The translations under genes and the position numbers were made by a program. DNA of 64,000 nt, from positions 62,001 to 126,000 of the forward strand of contig JANHCV010000009.1 of assembly GCA_025594325.1 (NCBI GenBank), given 5' to 3'. Every line of letters begins with the position of its first letter. Positions within the stretch are counted from its first letter, which is position 1. Below the pieces are notes generated by a model. The model searched no databases. It had not been told where the DNA came from and saw nothing but the letters and a program-made list of their open reading frames with translations. This DNA comes from Blastocladiella emersonii ATCC 22665. Taxonomy: Eukaryota; Fungi; Blastocladiomycota. Shown here in pieces: positions 1-9,194 of this stretch.

Positions 1-2609
1 ACGACCCGCTCAACGCCGACGACGTGCGCCGCGCCATCAGCTCCACGGGCGCCCCCTCGCTCATCCTCCTCCCGCCCCAGACCAAGGACCTCGTGCTGCG
101 CACCAACACGCTGCTCACCCAGGCTGCCTTCTCCATCAAGAACGTGGTCATGTGGTCCTCGATCGGCACCGACGACGCGGCCTCGCTGCCCGACGACGAG
201 GACGACGGCGGCGGCGACGTCGCCTCGTCCATCTCGTCGACTATCGTGCGCTCGCCCAACGCCCTGCTCATGCTCAAGGAGGCCGAGGAGCTCGTCCTGC
301 ACGCCGGCGGCGGCGACGACGACAAGGCCATGGAGCGCGTCGTACTGCGCCTCGGCTTCCCGCTTCAGCACTTTTTCCTGCTGCAGAACCTGATCCAGAA
401 CCGCGGCGTGGTCCCCTTCACGTCGGCCTCGGCCAAGATGGCGCCCATCACCTACGCCGACGCGGCCCGCGCCACGGTCGCGTTGCTGCGCTCGGGCGGC
501 GACCACGCCGCCGACGGCATCCCCGACGAGTGGCGCGGCACCGTGCGCACCCTCACGGGCACCGAGGCGTTCTCGGGCCCCATGCTCGTGACCCACGCCA
601 ACGAGGGCCTCCCGCACCCGCTCGCCTTCGCCCAGGTCGATCTCAGTGACATCCGCGCGTTTCTCGCCCAGACCCGCGTCCCGCACTTTGTCCTGTCGCT
701 CGCCATCGCGTGGTGGCGCCTCTTCGCCGACGCCAAGCTCGAGACGGTCGCCCCCGAGCTCGCCGACCTCCTCGGCGGCGACGACAAGGTCACGGCCGTC
801 GGCACCTTTTTCGAGAACCACGCCGACCGCTTCATGCCGCAGCCCTCGCCCGCGCTCGTCGCTGCGGGGATGGGCGGCGGGACCGACGAGATGGACGAGG
901 TCGCCGAGCTCGCGCCATCGACGGCATCCGTGGCGCCGACCCGTTCCGCTGCGGCATCGCCGCTGCACCGCATGGTCATCGCCGACGCGTGCCGCCCGCC
1001 CTCGGCTGGTATGGCCCAGCTGCCGAGCGTCGGGTCGATCATGTCGTCGCAGCCCTCCTTCTCCTCGCCGTCGAGCACGGCTGCCAGGGTGGTCGCCGAT
1101 GCCGACGCGGGTACGGCGCGTTGTGTCCTCGCCGACACCCGTGCCTCCGAGTCCAAGGTCGCGCCCCACGTCCTCGCCGACGCTCGCGCCTCAGACTCGA
1201 AGCTGGCGCCGCACGTCCTCGCCGACACGCGCGCGACCGAGTCCAAGCTCGCCCCGCATGTCCTCGCTGACACGCGCGCGTCCGAGTCCAAGATTGCGCC
1301 TCACGTCCTCGCCGACACCCAGGCGTCGGCCTCGAAAATGGCGCCATCCGTGCTCGCCGACGCCCGCGCCTCCGAGTCGTCGATCGCGCCGCGCGTCATG
1401 GCCGACGTGCGCGCGGCGACCTCGCCCATGTCGCCGCACGTCCTCGCCGACGCCCGCGCCTCGGACTCGAAGCTCGCCCTGTACGTGCTCGCCGACGCGC
1501 AGGCCGCGCAGGCCAAGCTGGCGCCCCACGTCATTGCCGACACCCGCGTCTCCGAGTCCAAGATCGCGCCGCTCGTCCTCGCCGACGTGCAGACCGAGCA
1601 GCGCAATATGGCGCCGCATGTCCTCGCCGACACGCGGGCATCGGGCGCGACCATGCACGCCCAAGTGGTCGCCGACTCGCGCGCCCGTTCCTCGGGCGAG
1701 ATGGCTGCCCACGTCCTCGCCGAGTCACGGCGCAGCTCGACAACGCCGCTGGCGCCGCTCGTCCTGGCCGATGTGTGCGCTGCCTCGACCCCCGCGCCTG
1801 CACCCGCGCCGGCCGCAGCCACGTCCATGACCGAGCGCGCCCTCCTCGACGCGAGCGCGACGGTGCCGTGCCCGATGGCGGCCCATGTCTTTGCCGACGC
1901 GGGCGCCTCCACCAGCAACCTGGTGCCACACGTCCTCGCCGACACGCGCACCTCGACGTGCCCCATGGCCGCGCGGGTCCTCGCTGACACGCGTTCCTCG
2001 AGCAGCCCGATGGCCACCCACGTCCTCGCGGACACGCGTACAACGGCATGCCCGATGGCCGCTCGCGTCGTCGCCGACACGCGCGCCGCGGCGTGCCCGA
2101 TGGTGTCGCACGTCATGGCTGACACCAAGTCGGCGACCAACCCCATGGCCGAGCACGTCCTGCTCGACACCAAGACGGGCGAGGACTGGTCGACGCCGGC
2201 CAGCATCACGACGACGGTGGCCGCGTGCGTCCTCGCGGACACGCGCGAGCCGCCGACCAAGTCCATGGCGGCCATGGTGCTTGACGACGCGCGCAACACG
2301 CCCAAGACCATGGCGCAGCACGTGCTCGACGACACGCGCGACAAGACCATGGCCGACTACGTGATCGCGGACGTGCAGGTCACGGACGCGTCGTCGTCGG
2401 ACTCGGACACGCCGACCATCACGGCCGTCGACGAGGCGTCGCAGGTCAAGGCGCCGCGCGAGCGGACGGGGACGTGGTCGTTTGTGTCCAAGGTGTTTAC
2501 GGACACGGGGCTCGACGAGGCGGCTGAGGCCGCAGTGGCAGCTGCGGCTAACGCGGGCGGCGATGGACAGGTCGAGTCGCAGGAGGCCGGGTCGTGCCGC
2601 GTCCAGTAA
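1..2609 (+). CDS. NmrA-like/PadA-type NAD(P)-binding Rossmann protein fused to a long 15-aa repeat region, ending in a CaaX-like motif; 5' truncated by the window edge
   Basis: The frame is open from the window start to TAA at 2607-2609. The N-terminal part (VVMWSSIG...PITYADAARATVALL...TLTGTEAFSG) resembles the C-terminal half of NmrA-like atypical SDRs. HVLADTRASESKLAP-type repeats follow, and the protein ends GSCRVQ*. Confidence 0.7.
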   Translation, partial: DPLNADDVRRAISSTGAPSLILLPPQTKDLVLRTNTLLTQAAFSIKNVVMWSSIGTDDAASLPDDEDDGGGDVASSISSTIVRSPNALLMLKEAEELVLHAGGGDDDKAMERVVLRLGFPLQHFFLLQNLIQNRGVVPFTSASAKMAPITYADAARATVALLRSGGDHAADGIPDEWRGTVRTLTGTEAFSGPMLVTHANEGLPHPLAFAQVDLSDIRAFLAQTRVPHFVLSLAIAWWRLFADAKLETVAPELADLLGGDDKVTAVGTFFENHADRFMPQPSPALVAAGMGGGTDEMDEVAELAPSTASVAPTRSAAASPLHRMVIADACRPPSAGMAQLPSVGSIMSSQPSFSSPSSTAARVVADADAGTARCVLADTRASESKVAPHVLADARASDSKLAPHVLADTRATESKLAPHVLADTRASESKIAPHVLADTQASASKMAPSVLADARASESSIAPRVMADVRAATSPMSPHVLADARASDSKLALYVLADAQAAQAKLAPHVIADTRVSESKIAPLVLADVQTEQRNMAPHVLADTRASGATMHAQVVADSRARSSGEMAAHVLAESRRSSTTPLAPLVLADVCAASTPAPAPAPAAATSMTERALLDASATVPCPMAAHVFADAGASTSNLVPHVLADTRTSTCPMAARVLADTRSSSSPMATHVLADTRTTACPMAARVVADTRAAACPMVSHVMADTKSATNPMAEHVLLDTKTGEDWSTPASITTTVAACVLADTREPPTKSMAAMVLDDARNTPKTMAQHVLDDTRDKTMADYVIADVQVTDASSSDSDTPTITAVDEASQVKAPRERTGTWSFVSKVFTDTGLDEAAEAAVAAAANAGGDGQVESQEAGSCRVQ
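1120..2380 (+). repeat. Coding tandem repeat, 45-bp/15-aa unit (consensus HVLADTRASESKLAP), about 27 variably degenerate copies in two or three blocks
   Basis: The units are read directly from the translation; the DNA core CACGTCCTCGCCGAC recurs at about 45-nt spacing. Confidence 0.9.
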
Positions 2610-2861
2610 GGCGGTGGTAGGTGAGTTGTACCATATCCTATATCCCCCACGCTAGCCGGCCGGAGTTGTGGCCGGCGAGATTTTTCGTTTGTACCAACGC
2701 ACGACGCGATGTTCATCCTGCCTCCCGCTTATGGCTGTCTCCCGCGAACGACTGTCTCCCGCGGCATCGCGCGTGCGCATCGCCGTGAGCGCCGTGTCCG
2801 ACGTCAGCCGCGCTCTTCTCGAACCAATCACCATGTCTCAAATTGAAATGAACACAGCAAG

Positions 2862-4137
2862 ATGAGTCTCCATGAAATCACGGCGACGCCCGAGTTCCTC
2901 GCGTACGTGCAGTACGTGCGCGACCCGGGCCTCGTTGCCGACCTCGCGTTCCTGCACCGCGTGCGCGAGTACGCCGACTACTACCGCCGCGTCGTCACGG
3001 CCGTGGACGATGCCGGCGGCGTTCCAATACCCGGATCACCGTCAGTGGCCCCGGCGCAGCTCGACGAGAAGAAGCAGGCGGATGACGAGTCCGTGGCCCT
3101 CGCCGCGGCGTTGCACGCGCGGTGCCTCGCTCTCGTCCACCACCACCTGCTCGGGCGCGACGAGCAGCGCGCGCTCGCTGAACACGTACGTCGCTGCTCG
3201 AGTACTGCGGGCCGAGGCACCGCGCTAACACCGTAACGTAACGCGGTAGCCCGTGTACCAGGCCGTCCACGACCAGGTCGCCGCGACGCCGTCGTCCTCT
3301 GTCCTCGCGGCCGGGACGCGGTCCAAGGACCAGCGCCAGAGCACGGGCAGCGGCACCGCCTCCGTGCACAGCGACCAGTCGAGTCTCGTCCTCCCGCCCG
3401 CTGCGGCCGCAGCTGCGCAGTGGTCCGACATTGCCCTCAAGACGCCGCATCCCAGCGACCCTGATGGAACCGACCCCGGCCCGCCGCCGGGCATGCTCAC
3501 GCTGCTCCGGATCCCCGCGCCGCCGCAGGACACGTTCATCGTGCTGACCGTGACCTCGAGCCACGCGCGGCACCTGACGGCGCACGCGGCGCGCGACGCG
3601 ATCGTGGCGCACCTGCTGGCGACGCCCGCAATGTCGCTCGCGGACCTCGACCCGTCGCTGTTCCGCGCGCTCGCGACGTGCACCACGTCGTATCTGCGGC
3701 ACACCGTGCTACCCCAGTTCGACGTGTGGGCCGCGCAGGACGTAGAGTCGCCGTGGCTCGCGGCCGCGCTCGCCGTCGCGCTGCTCGCGGTCGGCGCCGC
3801 GGGGTGGGTCGCGCTGACGCTCGCGCTCGACCTGGACCGCGAGTGGCGCGTGGTAGGCACCGCGCCGTGCGCGTTCGCGGCGGGCGTCGCGTGGGGGTGC
3901 GCGACGCGCGGGGTGCGCGTGTGGCGCGCGTGGGACGACGGGCACCGGGGGAGGCCGCTCGCGGTCAAGGGCCGCGACGTCAAGTCGGACGCGCTCCGCG
4001 ACCGCATCGCCACGGTCCGCGCGCGCGTCGCGTACCAGATGGTGTACGGCGCGCTCGTGTTCGCGCTCACGGTCTCGGTCGCGTGCGTCGTGTTTGTGCC
4101 CAGCTACGAGTACATGCGACAGAGTGTGGAGCTCTAG
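2862..4137 (+). CDS. RAX1: Rax1-like protein (RGS-like domain plus three C-terminal transmembrane helices); exons 2862-3185, 3250-4137
   Basis: RGS-like segments EFLAYVQYVRDPGLVADLAFLHRVREY and YLRHTVLPQF, then two TM helices, a basic loop and a final TM helix ending in VP, as in Rax1. A phase-0 intron GTACGT(3186)...GCTAAC...TAG(3249) joins the two frames. Confidence 0.65.
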
Positions 4138-4220
4138 CCGTCAGCGAGGAGGGAGGTAGTGAATAGACGCGCGCGCGTGTATTGAACGGATTGGTGAGGT
4201 GCAGAGTCGGACAGGTCCCG

Positions 4221-5457
4221 TCAGCCAGTGTACCCTCCCGCGGCCGCGGCAGCGAGGGCGCCCGGCGGGAGCGTCTTGCCGCCCGTACCCGGCGGGCCCG
4301 CGCGCGCGGCAGCAGCGGCTCGGGCGGCGGCGGCCGCGCCCTTCTTCTTGGGCACGCTGGCGGGTGCCGCGTTTGGCCGCATCGGGATCCCGGGCAGAGT
4401 CTTGCCGGCGACCCCTCCCGCCGCTGCCGCCGCTGCCGCCGCTGCTGCTGCAGCTGCTGCGGCTGCGGCCGCGGCGACGGCAGGCGGGACCGACTTGCCG
4501 GCCATACTGGGCGGGAGCGTCTTGCCCGCGACGCCGCCGGGGACTGCAGGAACCGGTGCCGCGATGCCGTCGTTCTTCTTGCGGCGCTTGGCCTGCGGCT
4601 TCTTGGGCTTGGCCGCGGGAGCAGCCAGCGGGAGCGCCGGCAGGGGCGTGGGTGGTGGTGGAATGGCGGCGTCGAGAATGTCGAGGCCGGCGTTGATGGA
4701 CGAGGCGAGCGACGGCGCGGCCGACGAGTTGGACCCCGTGTCGTTGAGCAGCGGCGACGAGGTGGCGCCCGTCGAGTCGGCGGTGCCCGGTTTCTTCTAC
4801 ACACGGGCGAGTACATGGCGTTAGAGTCGCACGGCTGCGTGGGGGTGAGAACTGAACGGACCTTGTGCGACCCCTTCTTGCGCTTCTTGTCAGGCGAGCT
4901 CTCCTCTTCAATGTACGACGACTTGTTGGCGCTACACGCACAGCCGGGCCCCATCAGCTCGGTTCGACGCGGTCTGGTCGCGAAAGATGAACGCACGATC
5001 GTCGGTTCGCGCCGCGCGCGCCCTGCAGGCCCATGCACTTTTCGAGGTGGCGGGCAAAGATGCTGGCGCCCACGGGCTTCTTGCACACCTCGCACCGGAT
5101 CGTCTCCGTGGCCGCGACCGCGGAGGGTTCGTGCGTGAACAGGTCCGTGTGGGGTGCGGCTACAGGGTCGGTGAGTACGGTTGCCGGTGTTGCCACGCCG
5201 CGCGCGCGAGCGTACCAAAGTGCCGACAGCTAACCCACGCGTCGCGGGAAGAAACGTCAGCTCAAATCCCAGCAGCATCTCGAGACGATCAAGACGTACC
5301 GCTGGCCACAGTGCGTGCACACGCGGTTGGCGAGCTTGGCGCTGCGGTGCATCTCGAACACGAGCTCCAGGACGAGATCCTCGACCATGTCGTTGGCCAC
5401 GGCGCGCGCCACGTTCGCGGCGGCTGCCGCGGATGCCGAGTGAGGTCCACCGGGCAT
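4221..5457 (-). CDS. SGF11: SAGA DUB-module subunit Sgf11/ATXN7L3 (326 aa); exons 5457-5300, 5229-5216, 5159-4997, 4931-4862, 4796-4221
   Basis: N-terminal helix DMVEDLVLELVFEMHR and the Sgf11 zinc finger CEVCKKPVGASIFARHLEKCMG. All four introns are GT-AG and the spliced length is 981 nt, in frame. Confidence 0.85.
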
Positions 5458-5861
5458 CGTGAAGAGAGGTAACAAGCAAGAAGTGGTTGCGGCTGCGTGG
5501 GACTTGGTCGATGGAGCTGGGGGGTTCACAGGGAGGTCCGAGGCCAGCTCGAGGATCGTTACATGGAGCGCCGCGCTTGGGCTGATATCATATTACGGCG
5601 GATCACGGCGGGAAGGGAGTGAGGGAGAGGAAGTCGGCCACGGCGGCGCGGCCGGCAGCGAGCGCGGCGGCCGGCGCGACGAGGCGTCACCTGACGCAAT
5701 CTCCCCAAACTTCATCGCAACGACGCAGAGGCACAAGCCATGGAGCATAGTTTTAACAATATGCAATGGAGTATTCAGGTACAGGAGATGAGATCGAGGT
5801 ACCGCGACATGGGTTGAGCGGGAACAGACATGTACATGGAGCAGGAGCAGGATCCGCTCGC

Positions 5862-6869
5862 TTACAGGACGAGGCCAGCGACCGCGACCAGCGCGGCAGC
5901 CAGGGTCGTCGCGACGTGGATGGCCGCGCCGACGCCCGCGGCCGCCTTGGCCGGGTCGGCCGTCGCGCCGTTGACCGAGTTGGTCACGCTCTTGGCCATG
6001 TCCGTCTGCTCCTTGTTCTTGAGGTCGACGATGAGCTTGCCGCGCTGCGAGTGCTGCACCACCTTGCCGCGGAACTCGGGGTTGGGCGCCGCCGCGTTGG
6101 CCGCAAAGTCGACGGCAACCGAGTCGTGGTACGCCCAGACCAGGTTGAGGGGCTGGTTGAGGTCGATATCGACGTCGTTGGCATCTCCGGTCTTCTTGGG
6201 ACGCTGGAAGTGGGACACCCACTTTTTGGTGGTTGCGTTCTTCCCGCCCCCGACCGGGAGAGCGTCTTGGTTCTCGTCCACGCTCGGCGCGCCCTTACCG
6301 TTGGTCGCCTTGCGGTCCGACACAATGAAGGTGCCGTCCTTGACGTAGCCGAGCACAATGTCCGAACCCGCCATCTGCGTGCCGAACCCGACGCCGATCC
6401 ACTTAGCCGTCTCGGGACCCTCGGCCATGATGTCGACCACGTCGCCGTAGTCGGCCACCGTGATGCACACCGACTTGTCGGCGACGCAGTTCTTGGCCTT
6501 GGGCGCGTCCTTGACGGGCGGCACCAGCGTGAACTTGGGCATGCGCAGCTTGACCATGTTGCCGAGACTCGGCGTGCCCGTGGCCGACGCGCGGTTCGCG
6601 GTGCCCGTGGTCGCCGTGGCGCGAGCGCCGCTGAGCGACGTGGTGGTGCGGGAGCCGCCGTTGCCGACGGCGGGCGTGCTCGTCGTCGAGCCCGAGCCCG
6701 AGCCCGAGCCGGGGGCCTCGGCGTGCGCGCCCATCTCTCCTGGATGGTCGGCCGAGACGAAGGCTACGAGGGAGAGAAGTGTCAGGGACCTGCTGGCTAG
6801 ATGCGAGTATGCAGTGGTGAACGTACCGGCCAGCGCCAGCGTGAGGAGCAGAGTCGCGAACGAGCGCAT
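5862..6869 (-). CDS. Secreted, probably GPI-anchored DOMON-domain protein; exons 6869-6827, 6763-5862
   Basis: Signal peptide MRSFATLLLTLALA(AFVSA); a 63-nt in-frame GTACGT...CTGAC...TAG intron; a Ser/Thr/Gly linker; DOMON signature KWIGVGFGTQMAGSDIVLGYV...LNLVWAY; hydrophobic C-terminal tail. Confidence 0.8.
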   Translation of the reverse strand: MRSFATLLLTLALAGTFTTAYSHLASRSLTLLSLVAFVSADHPGEMGAHAEAPGSGSGSGSTTSTPAVGNGGSRTTTSLSGARATATTGTANRASATGTPSLGNMVKLRMPKFTLVPPVKDAPKAKNCVADKSVCITVADYGDVVDIMAEGPETAKWIGVGFGTQMAGSDIVLGYVKDGTFIVSDRKATNGKGAPSVDENQDALPVGGGKNATTKKWVSHFQRPKKTGDANDVDIDLNQPLNLVWAYHDSVAVDFAANAAAPNPEFRGKVVQHSQRGKLIVDLKNKEQTDMAKSVTNSVNGATADPAKAAAGVGAAIHVATTLAAALVAVAGLVL

Positions 6870-7291
6870 TGCGTGATGGGCTTTCGATGAAGATGAATGC
6901 GAGGGAGCCAGCCCGACGCGAATGAGGTTGATGGTGGGTGGTTCTTCCGGAGAACCTCAGAGAGAGCGAGAGGAGCGGGCCGCGCGACCTTTTGAAGGTT
7001 TAGTTGTTCATCGCCATCTGCGCCTCACGCCACGATGACGCTCGTTTTACGAAGAGCGCTGGTGTTTCGACTGAGCCACCGCCCTCATAGGCACTGGAAG
7101 GCTTGCAAGCGCACGAATGAAGGCCCGCCGCAGGATTCAGCGCCATGATCGCACGCGCGAGTGCGACTCCGAGTTTATGCTGTACGCTTCGATGTTTGAA
7201 GGTGAACTATCGGCTAGTTCTCGAGCAGACGAGAGGTCAAGGTTGGGAGAAAAGTTCGTGTACATTTAAAATTTACAAAGCGACAGACAGT

Positions 7292-8380
7292 TTACTCGTC
7301 ATCGTCCTCATCATCATCCTCGGCCGCGGGCGGCGCCTGGCGTTTGGTGAGCGTGTCGTCCTCGGCCGCCTCCGCCGCCTCGGCGGCAGCAATGTCCTCC
7401 TCCGAGACCTCGCGCTTGGCCAGCGTGTCGTCCTCGGCGGCCTCGGCGGCCTCCGCGGCGGCGATCTCGTCGTCCGAAATCTCGCGCTTGGCAAACGACT
7501 CGTCCTCGGCGGCCTCGGCGGCCTCCGCGGCGGCGATCTCCTCCTCGGTGAACTGGCGCTTGGCGAGGGCGGCGGCCGGGGTCTCCTCCTCGTCATCATC
7601 ATCATCATCGTCCTCGTCGGCGGCCGGCGGCGCCTGGCGCTTGGTGAAGGTCTCGTCCTCGGCCGCCTCCGCCGCCTCGGCCGCGGCGATCTCCTCGTCG
7701 GTGACCTCGCGCTTGGCCAGGGTATCGTCCTCGGCGGCCTCGGCGGCCTCCGCGGCGACAATGTCCTCCTCCGAGACCTCGCGCTTGGTGAAGGTGTCGT
7801 CCTCGGCGGCCTCGGCCGCTTCAGCCGCAGCGATCTCCTCCTCGGTGAACTGGCGCTTGGCGAGGGCGGCGGCCGGAGCGTCCTCCTCATCGTCATCATC
7901 ATCATCGTCGTCGTCGGCCGCGGGCGGGGCCTGGCGCTTCTGCAGGGTATCGTCGTCGGCGAGCTCGGCGGCCTCGGCGGCGGCAATCTCCTCGGGCGTG
8001 GCTTCGCGCTTGCGCAGGGTGCCGGCGGCCTCCTCGGCCTGCTCGTCGGCCTCGAACTGGGCGATCTCGTCGTCGGTGAACTGGCGCTTGCGCAGCGAAA
8101 AGTTGGCGTCGAACACGTCGCCGTCGGCCTCGTCGACGTTGGCACCGGCGCCCGCGCCAGCACCAGCACCCGCGCCGATCTCGTCGTCGCCAGCGACGAG
8201 CGGCGGGGTGAAGCCGCCGGCCGTCGAGCACTCGCCGGCCTCGGGGTCGGCGCTGCCCGCGCACGCGCCCACGTTGGTGCCGATGGAGCCGCGCTGCGGC
8301 GTCGGGGCGGCGGCGGTCAGCTGCAGCGAGAGGAACATGGCGACCAGCGCCAGCGTGAGGAGGGAGAGCTTGCGCGACAT
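7292..8380 (-). CDS. Secreted Kex2-processed repeat protein (KEP): precursor of 11 acidic peptides separated by KR sites
   Basis: ATG at 8380, signal peptide MSRKLSLLTLALVAMFLSLQLTAAAP, a pro-region with two Cys, then 11 KR-delimited units such as QFTEEEIAAAEAAEAAEDDTFTKR. Confidence 0.85.
   Translation of the reverse strand: MSRKLSLLTLALVAMFLSLQLTAAAPTPQRGSIGTNVGACAGSADPEAGECSTAGGFTPPLVAGDDEIGAGAGAGAGAGANVDEADGDVFDANFSLRKRQFTDDEIAQFEADEQAEEAAGTLRKREATPEEIAAAEAAELADDDTLQKRQAPPAADDDDDDDDDEEDAPAAALAKRQFTEEEIAAAEAAEAAEDDTFTKREVSEEDIVAAEAAEAAEDDTLAKREVTDEEIAAAEAAEAAEDETFTKRQAPPAADEDDDDDDDEEETPAAALAKRQFTEEEIAAAEAAEAAEDESFAKREISDDEIAAAEAAEAAEDDTLAKREVSEEDIAAAEAAEAAEDDTLTKRQAPPAAEDDDEDDDE
7295..8083 (-). 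repeat. Coding repeat array: 72-81 nt units arranged as a higher-order four-unit block (QF-type, E-type, E-type, QAPP-type) repeated about 2.75 times
   Basis: The unit order is read directly from the translation. Confidence 0.85.
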
Positions 8381-8490
8381 GGTGGTGATGATGGTGGTTG
8401 ACGGTGGTTGTGGTGGTTGGGACTTGCTCGCCAGGAGACAAAAGTCGAGTTTGTTCGTTAGGTGCACCAGCGCAGCGGGGGCGACGGCAG

Positions 8491-8497
8491 TCTTATA
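8491..8497 (-). promoter_or_regulatory. Candidate TATA element (TATAAGA) upstream of the KEP gene
   Basis: AT-rich TATA-like 7-mer about 110 nt upstream of ATG 8380 in otherwise GC-rich DNA. Confidence 0.35.
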
Positions 8498-9194
8498 GCG
8501 GCAGCGAGGACCTCGACGTCATGCGCGCCGTGGCTGATGGTAAACAGAGAGCCGCGGCTCGAGGTGGCGCGTTGCGCTGAAGCCCGTGGCTGACGAGCAA
8601 TGCATTTCAGTGGTTCTCCTTGCAAGGCAGCGAGCCTTGACTTGAGCGGGAGCACCAGTTGGAATGCACGCGGCGACTATCCGGGTGACCTGCCGCGTCG
8701 CATCACGGGCTCCGCCCCTTGTCACAGCATGTCGATCAACTTCAGTGGTAGTCATGGCAGCAGCGACAGCGATCGCATGCGACGAAGAAGCGTGCGTGAT
8801 GCGGGGATGATCGCGACGCGCTGCGCCCCAGCGTGACCGCGGCCGGTGCGGGACTTTGCCCCACGCGGGCCGGCCGCCGCTGCGGCGCGTTGCCCTTTTC
8901 CGCCGCCGTCGTGCAGGATCTCCGCCACACGCGCGGGACACGGCCGCGCGCGGGTGCGGGGGCCGACGTGGATTCGCGGCAGATCACCTCGTGGTGTGTT
9001 GGGTTGGCGACGCAGTGCGAGGCGCGTGTCGTTTGAGGTCGGCGAGCGCGGGTGTGGCGAAGGCGACGCGCCAAACTCCGCGGCGACCGTCATCAACCTC
9101 GCCTCCGCAACGTAGCTTCCCCTTGCACACCAACACGCACTTGCAGCAACTGCTCGCTCGCGCTGAGCGTGGGCGCACTCTGCACACACACACC

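Noticed and set aside
1120-2380. Regularly spaced repeats here and at 7295-8083 as possible CRISPR arrays
   Set aside because: They are in-frame coding repeats with wobble-position variation, have no unique spacers, and lie in a eukaryotic context with no cas genes.
6764-6826. Regulated retention of the stop-free 63-nt DOMON intron
   Set aside because: It has canonical strong splice signals, splicing yields a clean signal peptide, and stop-free short introns are common at this GC content.
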